Origin: Octopus sinensis
Lineage: Eukaryota
Direction of reading: 5' to 3'
DNA length: 64,000 nt
Assembly (NCBI RefSeq): GCF_006345805.1
Contig: NC_043000.1
Coordinates: 104,842,001 to 104,906,000, forward strand
The number at the start of each line of letters is the position of its first letter. The first letter of the stretch is position 1. Made by a program: the position numbers and the translations under genes. Below the pieces are notes generated by a model. It saw only the letters and a list, made by a program, of their open reading frames with translations. It ran no database searches and was not told the DNA's origin. This document shows, piece by piece, positions 1-14,114 of this stretch.

Positions 1-2319
1 ATAATACACACATACATACATACATGCATACATACATACATACATACATACAAACATACATACATACATACATACATACATACATACATACATACATACA
101 TACATACATACATACATACGTACGCATTGCAAATTGGCAGGGCTATTTGAGCTTCGAATGGATATTCATTTTGGTTCTATGCGTGCGCTCTGAGTTCAAA
201 TCCAGCTGAGGTCAACTTTGCTTTTCCTATTTTTTAGTTTGATAAATAAAGTACCTCTCCAAGATGGAAAAACAGTGGAATTGGTAGAATATCGATATCT
301 GTTCTGGTTCTTTGTATTCTGGATTCAAATTTCGTCCATATCTAAATTTACAAGCCATACCAACGTTTCATTCAGTAAAGAATCGAAAAGTACTCAATGG
401 AATGGAAATATACATATAATATATACGATCAAATTGTTCACTTCATATATACCTGGTACTAATTTATCGATCCTCATCCATCTCAAAGTGAAATGAAAAC
501 AAAGTCGACTTCTGTGGAACTTGAACTCATTACTGTTAGGTGCCAAATCACATGCGGTAAAACACCCACTTCAACGTTCTTCTACCATGGACATCTTCTC
601 AGAACTTCATATGCTTTATTTTGAAAGGACATCGATGCATAAACATTTTTTAAATTCATTCCTGGCGAGACTGGACTATAATATTGTCACCATCTGATAA
701 TTCATATTTTATGCAGACGAGATCGCTGAGCAGAAATTACATTTCAAGCTGAAGAATAAGAAGATAAATTAGAGTAAACCAAGTCACCGACAAGTCTTTT
801 CTTTTAAAATTCATTTAACGTCAAAAATGATCACATTTATAGGAGACAAACAAATCTTAACTCACATCAGTAAAAGTACTACTACATCCAGTTTTTACAT
901 GATCTTTTTCGCTGAAAAGTAAATACGACATTATCTCTATCTTTAGTTTTTTTTCTTCAAGTGTCTACGTAGTACATTCACAATCAAATAAGAAATATTT
1001 GGTGCCAACAAATATATGCGTAATATATGCAACTGTGTGATAACTATTGAAGCACTTCGATTTACTTGTATACGCAAAGTAAAACGTTAAGCGTTATTAA
1101 TGTGGTTTCACATGCGATAGCCTGGATAGTTTATATATGGGCGTAAGCATGGCTGTGTGGTTAAGAACAGTACTTCGCAGCTTCGCAGTTTCATGTTCAG
1201 TCCAAATGCGTGGTACTTGGGTAAATGTCTTCTCTTATGGCCCCCGGGCAGACCAATGCCTTAAGAGCGAATGTGGTCGATGGAAACTGTTGCAGAAGTG
1301 GGAAAAAAAAACGAAAATTACAAAACGACTTCCTTATTTTATATCGCAACAAAGGAACAATAGCGCCATTATTTACACGCAAATCATTGGTTCCTTGCAT
1401 TACCGACAGCGAGAGTGACGGGGAGTGTCTGTAATTCGATGTAGAACAAATATCACAGAGGTCATCTTTCGTAAAGCAACATTGGAACTTTTTTTATCCT
1501 CTCGCCATTGTTTCCATCCTTCGCTAATATATAGTCTTCCGAACTATAAGCGTATTCTAAATTTCACTCCATGATATTAGTTAATCTGGGGTTATAGTAG
1601 AGGATATTTGATCAAAGTGTCACCGTGCAGCGGGATTGAATATCAAACTAAGTGGTTGCAACGCAAACTTCTTAACCACACAATCGTGTATCAGTGAAAC
1701 TGATATATACTATAAATCACAATTCCCTTCAGATGTTGCTACACCTTGTCAAATATATAAACTTCCTATCAAGGGAAGCTTCGACATGCCAAAATAGCAG
1801 CCTGTGTCCCCCAGACCACATAACTTTCATCCTTCAAAAAGGAAGGACACATGGCATAATATAGCCCCAAATACATTATACCTGGAAAAGGGGCAGGTTG
1901 CTTAGAGCTGAAATGCTTTTGATCTTAAGTTTGCTCGATCAAAGCAAAACTAGATTTAAGCAAAAAACAACAACAATAGCAGCAATCAAATCTTCTTTAA
2001 ATCCCACTATTCCTTAATAAACAAGGAAGGACACATTGAATTGTTATAGTCTTAGAAATTAAAAAAAAAGATGAGATGCTCATAGACAGAATTGCGTTCA
2101 TTATAGATTCTTTCAATGCTGGTTGAGTTGCAGTTAAATAGCAACAGTAATAGCGAAAACAAAATAATACAAGGGTTCTACAGCGAATAGTAGTCATCAC
2201 CATTATCAAGTGTGCTGTCACCATTAAGGGCGATCTTGCAGTTGCAAGATTTTAAGTTTATAATCTACGAAGCACCACTCTGCAGCAGACGAATTTATTT
2301 TCATCTGATTGGTCTAGAG

Positions 2320-2896
2320 TAGTGGTTCTCAACCGGCGTCAATGTGGCCCCTGAGGATCCATGTAGGATTGATGGGGGACACGCAACAAAATAGTAAATT
2401 GGGGATCTACAATAGTATTATAAGAGCCCCTGAAAATATTTTGCTTTCGATCTATGTTTTGGTATGTAATGCAAGAAACAGTTAGGTTTCTTTCTCTAAC
2501 ATTTTACATAGTGCAATCTACACAAGCTAATGCGTGCAAGACAAAATAAGAATTTGGAAAGAAGTTTCTATAAAACTAGTTTTAAACATCAAATGGCTAG
2601 GGTGCCCACCAGAATCAAAAAAGTAATCAAAGGACGTTCACACAAGCAAAATAGTAAATTGAGGACCTACAGTAGTATTTTAAGGAACTCTGTAAAAGTT
2701 TATTGCAAGAAACTAGGTTTCTTTCTCCAACATTTTACATAGTTCAACATACACAATGTGTGAAAAACAAAATAAGAATTTTGAAAGAGGTTCTATAAAA
2801 CTAGTTTTTAAACGTCAAATGAATATGGGAGTCCACCAGAATAAAATAATAATCAAAGGGGTCTATAGATAAAAAAAGAATGGTTGAGAACCCCTG
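2320..2896. mobile_element. hAT (Charlie-type) non-autonomous element with an internal ~240-bp tandem duplication
   Basis: TIRs tagtggttctcaacc / ggttgagaacccctg; 8-bp TSD gtctagag / gactagag; 2385-2640 resembles 2642-2866. Confidence 0.8.
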
Positions 2897-3053
2897 GACT
2901 AGAGCAATATCGCCTTGTCCAAGGACATCATGATTGTGAGTCCAACAACCTAACTATTGTACTTGATCATTATACAGGGAAAGTTCCTTGATAAACCAAC
3001 TGTACAAGACTTCCGACAACAGAAAGAGAGAGAGAGAAAGAGAGAGGGAGAAG

Positions 3054-3106
<53 letters not shown>

Positions 3107-3579
3107 TAGGAAATACAATTTCAGATCATTTTATTTACAAAAGGTGAATATGCTACAATAGATTTCAGTGACATTGACTGTTCGAGTCCGGGGATAGTCA
3201 TAACCAAGAAACTAAACTCATTTCTACAGCTGAGTGGACTGGAGCAACGTGAAATAAAGTGTCTTGCTCAAGAACACAACACACATGAATCTCTTTCTTT
3301 CTACTCCTCTCACTCCCCCCTCTCTCTCTCTCGCTCTCTCATTGACTCTCCTCACTCACTTCCCCCTTCTCTCTCTCTCTCTCTGTTATTATTTACCTGA
3401 TGTTGGTCGAGGGCGGAAACAATGTGGTTTATCTTCCACCAAATGGTTACACAATCCTAGAGTAGGTTCCTCACCGCATCCTTTCCATACATCTGGCATT
3501 AAAAACAAAACAAAACACAAACAAATGATGATGGTAATAATAATAATAATAACAACAATCTTTTCTATTATAGGCACAA

Positions 3580-4008
3580 GGCCTGAAATTTGGGGCAGGG
3601 GCATAGGCGATTACATCGACCCCCAGTACTCAACCGGTACTTAATTTATCGACCCTGAAAGGATGAAAGATAAAGTTGACCTCGGCGAAATTTGAACTCA
3701 GAACGTAGCGGCAGACGAAATGCAGCTAAATATTTCGCCCGGCGTGCTAATGATCCTGCCAGCTCGCCGCCTTAGTAATAATAATAAGAATGATAATGAT
3801 AACCCTTTCTATTGGAGGCACAAAGCCTCAAGTTTGAGGAGGAGACGAGTCGATTACATCAACCACAGTGTTTCACTGGTAATTATCAACCCCGAAAGGA
3901 TGAAAAGCAAAGTCGACTTCGGCGGAATTCGAACTCAGAACGTAGTGACGGGCGAAATACTGCTAAGCATTTCGTCCAGAGCGCTATCGATTCTGCCAGC
4001 TCGCCGCC

Positions 4009-4075
<67 letters not shown>

Positions 4076-4088
4076 TAACAACAACAAC

Positions 4089-4126
<38 letters not shown>

Positions 4127-5530
4127 CATCATCATCATCATCATCTAACCTGTAAATGTAATAGTTTCTAACAAAAGGCAATGAAGTGGTCGAATCGATA
4201 ACAGCATCAGACAAAATGTAATAAAGACCGGTGTATTGGCAGTATCGGTAGTTGATGGAGAAAATGATTTTCAGTATTAGTTGCAACCCTTTGCATTTTG
4301 AGTTCATATTTCACTGAGTAGACTTCATCTTTCATATTTTAAGATTCGATAAAATGAACCATCATTTAAGTGTAGATCATTACTAATCAACTACACTCTC
4401 CTCAGCCAAAACTTGTTTTTGAGACCCCCTTCGGTCATGACTGACCATAGGATTGCACCTAGAAAGTTATCCTCCCAGGCACAAGTCCGAGTAAGGTTGT
4501 TTATGAAAGACCCCCAGTCGCCCAAGCATACCAGCCTCCCCTCTCCACGTTACCAGTGTTATCCAAGGGAAAGGCAAAGGCCGATACAGCTTGGCACCTG
4601 TGGCGTCGCAACTCATTTCTACAGCTGAGTGGACTGGAGCAACGTGAAATAAAGTGTCTTGCTCAAGAACACAACACACAGCCGGTCCGGGATTCGAACT
4701 CACAACCTCACGATCGTAAGCTCGACGCTCTAACCACTGAGCCGTGCGCCTTCACTGCCAAAACTTAACATAATGGTATTTGATATTTATCACAATATTA
4801 TAAGTTCTAACATTATTTTGATGTCATAAACTCTAACATTGGTATTTTGTTAGTTAGTTCAAATTTTGTTACAAGGCCTCTAATTTCGGGGCAGGGGTTA
4901 AGTCGATTATATCGACCCCTGTGCTTAATTGGTATTTATTTCGTCGACCCTGAAAGGGGATGAAAGACAAAGTCGACCTCGGCGGAATTTGGATTTAGAG
5001 CGTTAAGACAGACGAAATGCTGCTAAGCATTTTCCCCGGCATGCTAACGATTCTGCCAGCTAACTGCCTTCAAAGGTGTTAATATAAACACGATGTAGAA
5101 GAATCGTTACAGCACCGGCAAAAAATACTTAACTGTATTTCTTCTGACTTTATGTTCTGAGTTCAAATGCCTCTGAGGTCGACTTCGCCTTTCATCCTTC
5201 CGAGGTCAATAAAATAAGTACCAGTTGGACACTAGGGTCGATGCAATCAAGTTAACCCCTTCCCGAAAATTGCTGGCCCTGTGCCAATATTTGAAATCAA
5301 TATTAGCGCAGGGTAAGGGCGATGAGCTGGCAGAATTGTTACCACGCCGGAAAAAAATGTTTAGCGGCATTTTTTCCGACTTTACATTTTGAGTTCAAAT
5401 ACCTCCGGGATCGATTTTGCCTTTCATCCTTTCGGCATCGATAAAATAAGTACAAGTTGAGCACTGGGGACTATGTAATCGACTTGCACCCTCCCCGACA
5501 ATTTCTGGCCATGTGCCAAAATTTGAAACC
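3580..5530. mobile_element. Cluster of five family-B SINE copies (3580-3775 -, 3820-4010 -, 4875-5070 -, 5085-5290 +, 5320-5530 +) and a family-C SINE (4413-4755 -)
   Basis: Repeated gtcgactttgcctttcatcctttcggggtcgat core in both orientations. Confidence 0.85.
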
Positions 5531-6289
5531 AATATTAGCCCAATGTCTTAAATTTCCTTTGAATAATATTATAAAGGATTAAATAAACGGGCACTGTATT
5601 TTCCGAACTTGGAAGAAGGGATGCAGTAAAGCCGCCCTCGGTTGGATTTGTGCACGGAATTTAAAGGACTTAACTACATGCTCCAAGGAAATTTGTCAAC
5701 TGCTCTGCCGTTTCTACAATCCATAATATTCAGGGTAAAAAAAAAAATACTAGGTTCGATCCAATTTATTGCAACCTCCAAATCACCAAAAATACACTGT
5801 TCGTGTGCCTATGTCTTGAATCAATATACCATACACTAATGGTTAATGCCGAAGAGCAAATAGTATTTTCTTGGTGAGCCGAGTCAAGTGCGTGACTTTT
5901 TCATTTTTCGGTAGATGTCAATTTACTTCACTTACATCACTAATATATATAAGCGTCGTACAGTCTCACCACCTCCGATAACACCACTTGGACTCTTTAA
6001 CAAATTTGGCAATCGGAATTACAAATATAAACATTTCGTTTTTACTAAATAAGTTTAATAATCTAGTCACCCCGCATGTCCCATGAGAATCGCTGCAATT
6101 TAACAGTTACTTCATCACAACAAATGGGCTACCAGAATTAGTCTAACATAGTCCAATATCAAATTGAAAATTTTCTGTTTTTCATTAAGAGCAGCTCCAG
6201 TTAATGAATAATAACAAGCTATCTAAACAGTTACTATTTTTGAAGTACACATTGTGTATACACATGCTCGAGCAGGCACGCACGCACGC

Positions 6290-6367
<78 letters not shown>

Positions 6368-8132
6368 GAAGATAACTACAGTGTACTGCATCAAAGACTT
6401 ATCAAATGCATTGCAAGCATTAACCAACTAATTCAGAAGATTTGAAACCCGAACATAAAGGGTCGTAAATAGCTAATATTGCATAGCATTTTGCTTGACG
6501 GTATAACAATTCTGCCAATACACCGTCATGCGTAAACAAAAAATACCCTGCATTAGAGGACTAATACGTTTCTGAAAAAAACTTGTAACGTAAAATCCTG
6601 TAATGCGAATTAAATTTTCCCATTGATTTTCATGTTACAATGCGTTTCGAGGAGGTTTTCGAAAAAACAACAAACAAGTAGTGTTGTTGTGTTTTTGCTC
6701 TCAAGAAATAAAATTTCTAGCAGGCATGAGCTTCTAGATAAGTGCTCATTCGTCAGCAATATATACATGCTCTGGCAGCTTCACCAGTCAGTTTTATGTT
6801 ATGCAAATTCAAGCGCTTCTTAAACCCTTCCAAACAGCCTTTACTAGCCAGAAGAATATTTTTATTAGAAATTTCACCTTCGCATTTCTGAAAATCATTG
6901 TACAAACATTTTTTTAAAAATTACAGTCATGCTTATCGGCATGTGTCGAGTCTGATTCTCGACTCATACACCCAAGAGACATTCTATTTAAGCATTGCAT
7001 CAGATCTAAGAGAAAATGAGGTTCGATCAGGTAGCGGAGTAACGTCTTGAGCCCTTGACTTAATATTGTCTCTTTAGTCACGTATTGTTCTCAGTAATAG
7101 ACGTTGCACGCATCCAATGTTTTGGTAATGTGGATGATTTTTTTCTCCCGCATAAAGCTTTTTAAAACATCAAGCTTAATACCAGGTGTAATCCTTTTAT
7201 GGCTCTTCACTTTCACTTACTGCCCTTCTTCTAGACATCTCGAATCGTTGGTTTTCCAACAGCGATGGCAATCAACAATTATCCACAACAAGGCAGAAAA
7301 AATATGTTCCCTCGAAAGAACTGTTTTACATCCCGTGGAAAGGAGACGATGGAAGGGTGTACGAGTTGGAGGAATTACAGTGTGATTACAGTTAGGTTCA
7401 TACAGTTAACTTGATGGGTACGTCTCCCTTGCATCTCAAACTTGATCCTTAAACATTCCCAATTTAATCTTTTCTCTCATATGCATCGCTGTGGCATAGC
7501 AGCAAAAGGTTCTTACACTATTTATCTCAGTACGTGATGTTGATAAGCCTAAAAATGGCGAAATATTGGCACCAGTCACTCCTGAATGGGATTGGAGACG
7601 ACTTGTCTCGCCTGTCTATGACTTTCAGGTGCTTTAACAACCAGCGTTATGAGGGAAACCGCTATATGCAGCGTACCGACGAACAAGCAAAATACATATA
7701 TTGAGTATGTGCGGTCGATAATGTTTACAAAACTAGCGCTGCTTTTGAATAAAATAGATCGATAGCAACATCTTCCTTTTATGGCAAAATATGCGCCTAA
7801 TCCAATAAAATTATGATGGTTACTCTGATTACTATGCATAACATGCAAATTATATTATTTTTTTGTAGATTAGGTGGGCCTAATTCGCCCCTGCCTTTCA
7901 ATCACATTATTTAAGCTACGCATAGTACTGCTGTAGTACTCGTGTTGCGTGCATTCCTACAACAACGTTTTCTTTACGCGCTATAATAGCAAAAGTAAAT
8001 CTGCCTTCAACTCAACCACGTGACTGTTTTTCGCTTATTTTTTGTGTGTTTTACTGCATAAAGGTCACCAACTGCCTACCCTGAGTAATTACTGACGGCA
8101 CGTACCTGATATATATATATGAACTGGTCGGT

Positions 8133-8165
<33 letters not shown>

Positions 8166-8503
8166 AAGAACAACATATATATATGTGCGGGGGTGGACGC
8201 GTGTCTGTGTGAGAGAGAAAGTGAGTGAATGTGTGTTCGTGCATATAAGTTCAAGATGATATTTATACATGGAGAAAAGGTCACGTTGTGTTATACAGTT
8301 CTTCAATGATGTCAAAATATGAGCGAAGTAATTAGTCTTATGAACTAATTAGTCTATATACAACCGTAAATTAAACACTTTATTCAACAATAGCCACAAG
8401 AGGCGCCGTCATAATTAAACATCATTGTAAAACTAGCAATAAAAACACTCTTTTCCATGTCCTGCAGTGCTTTTCAATGAATACTATATGTATGGCAGTT
8501 GTT

Positions 8504-8586
<83 letters not shown>

Positions 8587-8598
8587 TATATACATATA

Positions 8599-8655
<57 letters not shown>

Positions 8656-8786
8656 GTACATATACATATATATATATATGTATATTTATATATATATATA
8701 TATAGACACACACATACATACATACATACATACATACATACATACATACATACATACATACATACACACACACAGACACAGACACA

Positions 8787-8852
<66 letters not shown>

Positions 8853-9211
8853 GCATACACATACGCGCGTGCATAAATATTTGTTAGTAGTGGCAAATGG
8901 GAGAAAAGTACTCAATATCTAGAATAGAGTATATATAATTTAATTTGGTTTGCTGAAACCAAACCTTGAAACTGCCACATAGTAAAAGAACCAATAATTA
9001 GAAGAAAAATGTCCAAGCTATCATTCACGGTGAATTTAGTCAGCAATATACCGAAAGATTTTCTGTCTCTGAGTAACATAACATTTTCCACTTACACACA
9101 AGTACAACTAATTCTTAACACAATTAACATCATGGGCAGCTTTTCCTTCTTAGATTAAATCGTTTACTAGATTACACTCTAAATCATAAAATACACCTAG
9201 AAAGCCTAGAT

Positions 9212-9400
9212 AAATGTTCCGTAGCCAGTATGCCGCGGAAAATTGGTGTGCCACTAGATGATGCTAAGTGTGCCGCAGCGTAACCTGAAAATAATTTTTT
9301 CTTCCTTATACTTTTAGCTATACTTTTTAGTTCAGATGTGTAGCCGAATATGGAAAAGAATATAATTGTACTGCAAGTGAAAAAAGGTTGCGGAGCACTG
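9212..9400. mobile_element. Small decayed hAT-type MITE
   Basis: Right TIR ggttgcggagcactg, degenerate left TIR, TSD-like gcctagat / acctagat. Confidence 0.5.
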
Positions 9401-9479
9401 ACCTAGATATAACTTCAGAAATTCCCGAACATGTCTGCTTGGACAAACTTTCCTTTCTAAAGTGATAATATATGGAACA

Positions 9480-9900
9480 TCTATAACACTCCTAGACTTT
9501 CTTGCGAATACATTTAAAAGCTAATATTATTGTCATCTTCGCATATTCACATCGAAGGAGAGGCAAAATTTCACTTCTATGTTCTAATTCGTCAGGAAAC
9601 TTAAAAGTAGGGGAGGCATTATTGATAAAGCTATTGCGGATCTCCGGAGATCAGATATATTCTATAGTTATTGCCATCACAGATAATTTCTTGTCGACGA
9701 CTCTTGTATACCCAAAGACCTACAGCTCATCAAATCCAAGTAGCTGCCCTTGATGAATCCGACGAGATTCATACTTTATAATGTTTTAACTATTCTAATT
9801 AATGTCTGAAGTTTGAATCGAAACAGCTGTCAAAGATTATGTCTATTTTTGCAATTAATAAATAATTATTAATTGATTTATCTCTATTTTCTTATCTTTC
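9480..9900 (+). mobile_element. Penelope-like element 3' relic (end of GIY-YIG domain, then a decayed hammerhead-like motif)
   Basis: ...GNLKVGEALLIK resembles the LxIxEALxIK motif; CCGACGA...GAAACAGCTGTC at 9759-9831. Confidence 0.45.
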
Positions 9901-9909
9901 TTAAATAAA

Positions 9910-9950
<41 letters not shown>

Positions 9951-10201
9951 TGTGTGTGTGTATTTACATATATGCACTCACATAGATGAATATAGTCTGT
10001 ATAGGCTGACCCAGTAGCTTCTTACTGGGTCAAATGTCGGAGTAACACTGACTTTTGGTCAGTTCCTTAGAGTATTTGACTTGTTTGATGATCCGAATAT
10101 ACGTCGGGGAAACTTTAGAGTAACAAGCAACTGGATAACTACTACGTAGTAATGGATAATATTTTCTTCCGCTCGTTAAAACCAAAGGATATTCACAAAC
10201 G

Positions 10202-10251
<50 letters not shown>

Positions 10252-11198
10252 ACACACACACACACACACACACCACACACACACACACATACCGACACAC
10301 ATTCATACACATAAAATTGACTTTGTGCATTTTGTTACTCCCCTCATGCTTATCTTTTGTCTCTTGCATGAATGTGTTTATTCTTGGGCGTTTATGTATG
10401 TGTAGTGATATGCGCACAAGCATACGTATAAATGTATTTTCTTAACATTTATGTGCCTATAAAATATAAAAATAAGAAATGGTTTAAGTTCTCGTTTTAA
10501 AACCATTTTCAGGTAGTTGGGAAATTTTCTTCTTTCGACCATGAATATACTAGACTTCGAATTTAATTGAACGAAACCAAATATTTTATTTAAACGCCCA
10601 CGAATTCATGTTAAGTGGTGGCGCGTCGAGTCCGTATCACAGTTTGAAATACTATTTTCAACTTTTTTTTTTACTTCTCTTACATCACTAACGTCCCGGA
10701 GATTGTTATTTACTCTTCTCTGAAAACCCGAAAACATTGTTCTTGCTGTTATACTACCCTTTACTATTGAGCTGTTAATAGTATGGAGACATCAGGATAT
10801 GTACTCTGTCAAATGTATTTTAGCTATTTCTGTACGCCAGTTGTTATTGTTGTCGTGTAGTCGTAGATCAGCTGTCCTCGGACTGAGTTTGGGTTTTTGG
10901 ATAGTCGTTCGAAAAACCAAGGTGCAACCCACAAATTTATTGTTTCAACTATACTACTTCTCCAAGTGGCAAATTGGCGAAGTCGCTAGAGCGTTGAATA
11001 CAATGTATGTCTGAATCTGCATGAGTGAATGTGTAAGCGTGCTAATCTGTGTGTATATGTGTGTATGTATGCGTGTGTGTGTCTGTGTGTGTGAGTGTAT
11101 GAATGCAAGCGTAAGACAATTTGTACCACTGAATAAAGGGCTAAATGTATGTATATGTGCGTGTTTGCATGTGTATGTGTTTGTTTGCATGTGTGTGC

Positions 11199-11234
<36 letters not shown>

Positions 11235-11298
11235 TCGAGCAAGCATGTATATGTCAATGATAACTTGCAGTGTTCATACATGTAAACAAATCACCTAC

Positions 11299-11535
11299 CA
11301 ACACACAAATCTCTGCAAGGAAACACAGGAATTCGACCTGTGCATTTCGGAAAGATGAGGCCGCAATAGAAACCCAACAGTTGTTTGGAACATCTTCGAT
11401 CCAGTAAAGGTTCAACTACGGTTCGAAAGCGTTGCCGAGCAGCAGTCTGGTTATCGTCACCAAACAGATTTGGGAAAAATGTCTGAGAATAACCTAAAGA
11501 TATACAGGGATGAAACACCAACGGTTGGCAGCGAG
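11299..11535 (-). CDS. Exon encoding the N-terminal part (7 of 10 Cys) of a Frizzled-type cysteine-rich domain
   Basis: RCQPLVFHPCISLGYSQTFFPNLFGDDNQ...RCSKQLLGFYCGLIFPKC...PCRDLCV matches the FZ/CRD motif (CxP, GYxxTxFPN, CxxxLxxFxC, PC, PCxxLC). Acceptor ctctatttacag, donor G|GTAGGT, 237 bp, phase 1-1. Confidence 0.9.
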
Positions 11536-12379
11536 CTGTAAATAGAGAAATGAGAAAAAGAGCATTAACATATAAATTAATGGTTTCTAATTTAGACAAA
11601 AGGTTGGCAATATTGAAGTCGATACTGTCTATCCCAGTACTTCACTGCTACTTATCGACCCTGGTGGGATGATTGGCAATGTTTACCTCGGCAGAATTTG
11701 ACTTCAGAACATAAAGCTCTCCGCTTTTACTTGTAAATTTATGGCTAAGACTTAAGGGGTTATTCTTGTCGAAAACATCGAACTGATGCGAACATGCTTT
11801 TATGACGGGCACTAGTAATGTAAACTATCCTGCTACTGACGACCGGATTACTGCCAACCTATTCTCTAGGAACAGTTCAACAGTGTGTCTCTTAGATTAA
11901 ATATATAAATGAATGTGAATTAATAGATAAAGAATTCGATTTTCTTCTAGCCCATCCTCCAGGCCCGACTCTTCGACATTACTTGTTTTTCAGTTTTATA
12001 TATTTAACACTAAATAACAGCAATTAATGTAAAAAAAGTTTAACAAAAAAAAAAAAACGAAAACTTTCAAAACTTTTCTTTTTGATTATTAAAATGAACT
12101 GTTATGATTTACCATTTGCTCCATAATATATCCGGTACTAGTAAAAACTCTGTTACTCTAAACATGGCCTTATTTCGTTTAATGGTTAATTCATCTCTGC
12201 TGCTAGTATCAAAGTATAATCTTTCTTCCTGATGGCCGTCTAGTAGTTATTATAAACTGGGACAAATAAGCAGAGAGGAGCATATTTCACTCAAAATGTA
12301 CAACAGAAACTTAGGTTTAGGTGAATCTGGTCTTCTTGTATTAAATTATGATTAGTTAAATAAAACAATAAGTAGCAAG

Positions 12380-13240
12380 TAATATCTAAAAAGGCTTTTC
12401 AGTCCGTCTCATGACGAGAATTGAAACGGCATTGCCCCGGAAGCTGGCGAGAGAGATGCGCTGGGACAAGCACTGTGACTCACGGGGCTCGCACGAGCGA
12501 ATAGCTATATCCGCCCCTATATCGGTGAGCAGGGATGTGGTCAAAGGGCCGAGAACGTTAGAGGTGTCCCCTGCAACAAGTTCGACCACAAATCTGTCAG
12601 AGAACCGCCGATACTTTGACAGTTTACCCATCTCGACTTGATGAGCAACTGAATACACCAGATTGCCGTTGGAAAAGGTATCTCAGCATGTGATATTCCA
12701 GATGTGAGGCCTACCACCGCGGAACGGGAAAAGTATCATGCCGTCTGGGATTTTTACCGTCCCCTTGGACTAGCTTCTCTGGTTCGAGCTGCGAAGGGAA
12801 GCCTACGGCGTTTTGGCCATATTTTATGACCTCATTAAAAGCAGTACGGCGTGGAAAGCTACCAGCACTATAATGGTATGACAATGGGTGGAGACCGACA
12901 GAATTCACATTAGTTCCGTAGCGGCACTTGAGAGGCTCAGATCTGGAGACCAAGTTTCGGGGAATCACTGATGCATAGACAGTCGCAACTAAGCAGAATG
13001 CCAGTCGAGAGTGATGGACTGCGTTGAGCCAGGCTTCGCTGTGAGGCTGGGAGCCGAGGGGAAACATGCCAGACGGTGCTGGTCAAGCCAGCGCACCAGC
13101 CGGTCCGATTCATACTGCACTGGATGGCGTCCCTTTTGCTTTGGGGTGACGGACATTCACAAAGCGGAGAGAGATGGACGTCGCAGGGAGGAGGCCGGGG
13201 AGGAAAAAGAACTGTATTAATAGACCTATCGCGAGGCGAG
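12380..13240 (-). mobile_element. 3' fragment of a CRE-like non-LTR retrotransposon (decayed zinc knuckle plus restriction-like endonuclease)
   Basis: GC-rich island. Across frameshifts it reads ...GLHPLSYHYSAG..RRTAFNEVIK...GFPSQLEP...GDGKNPDGM.LFP...GKLSKY...SQRISLASFRGNAVSIL. Confidence 0.85.
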
Positions 13241-14114
13241 AGAATGAAGAAGGCGTTCTGTTGTGTAACCATGCCATCAGTTGTTGCTCTGAATATTTTG
13301 TCTCAAATTGTTCTTATGTTTAATAAAATTTAATCTATAATTTTAGCAGGTAATCGTTCATATTTGTGTGTTTAATCCTCATCGAAAACATCGAACCGAG
13401 GTAGGATACCTTACTATACTTGACATAACTGAATTACCCATCTTGCTAGCGCTAAGTTGTTGACAAATTATCCTATGAAATAAATGAAATATTTATGAAG
13501 ATAAATTTGTATAGTTAAAAATACAGATAATTTAAAAAGAATAGAATTCATAATACACAATTTGAAGAAAGGAAATATCAATCGCTCAACAAAGTATAGC
13601 ATACTTCCTGATTAGACATAAATATGGATAATTCTTGTCTTGTCAGTGGACCTACTCCATATTTTTGATTTCAAATTATGTTTATGATATGTAAAGACCA
13701 TTTATATCGCTGCTGCAATTTAATAGCAGTATTAGTGGCAGACATGAATCCCAACAAGCTGATTTACCTTGGTTATATGATAAAAGAATATTTTCATGCT
13801 TGGAATGTTAAAAAGTTGAATAATGAATTATGCCAGAGAATAAAACGTTTTCTTTTTTCATTCTAAAATACTAGAGATGACACCGAACGTGTTTCATCTG
13901 TTTCGAAATTCCTCAGTAGAAGTTCAGACACGCCGTTAAAAGTCTAAGTATTAAGGAACGAATAACTAGGTAAATATACTGAGTAGATATTCTGAATAGA
14001 GATGTAATGTAAAGTGAAGATAACATTTGGTATGTTTTTGTGCTGGCAAACTTTTGATGTGTTACACTGTTATGAAACTTCAATGTTATAATATTATGTT
14101 CAGAAAGCTTTTAC

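Noticed and set aside
5589-5726. Plus-strand six-cysteine reading frame (GHCIFRTWKKGCSK...CQLLCRFYNP*)
   Set aside because: A stop codon lies just upstream, with no start codon or compatible acceptor. Probably chance.
7225-7310. Minus-strand DCHRCWKTNDSRCLEEG before a GTAAGT donor-like site
   Set aside because: No convincing acceptor, the phase does not match the FZ exon, and it does not resemble the FZ C-terminus.
8076-8120. YIYQVRAVSNYSG resembling a fibronectin type III strand
   Set aside because: Partly derived from a TA repeat, too short, and stopped in the phase-compatible frame.
8467-8922. Long ORFs rich in YI/HT/CV dipeptides here and throughout the window
   Set aside because: They are translations of (TA)n, (CA)n and (TACA)n microsatellites with no coding signal.
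10007-10032. 10-bp-arm hairpin tgacccagta/tactgggtca
   Set aside because: Short and isolated, with no context suggesting function.
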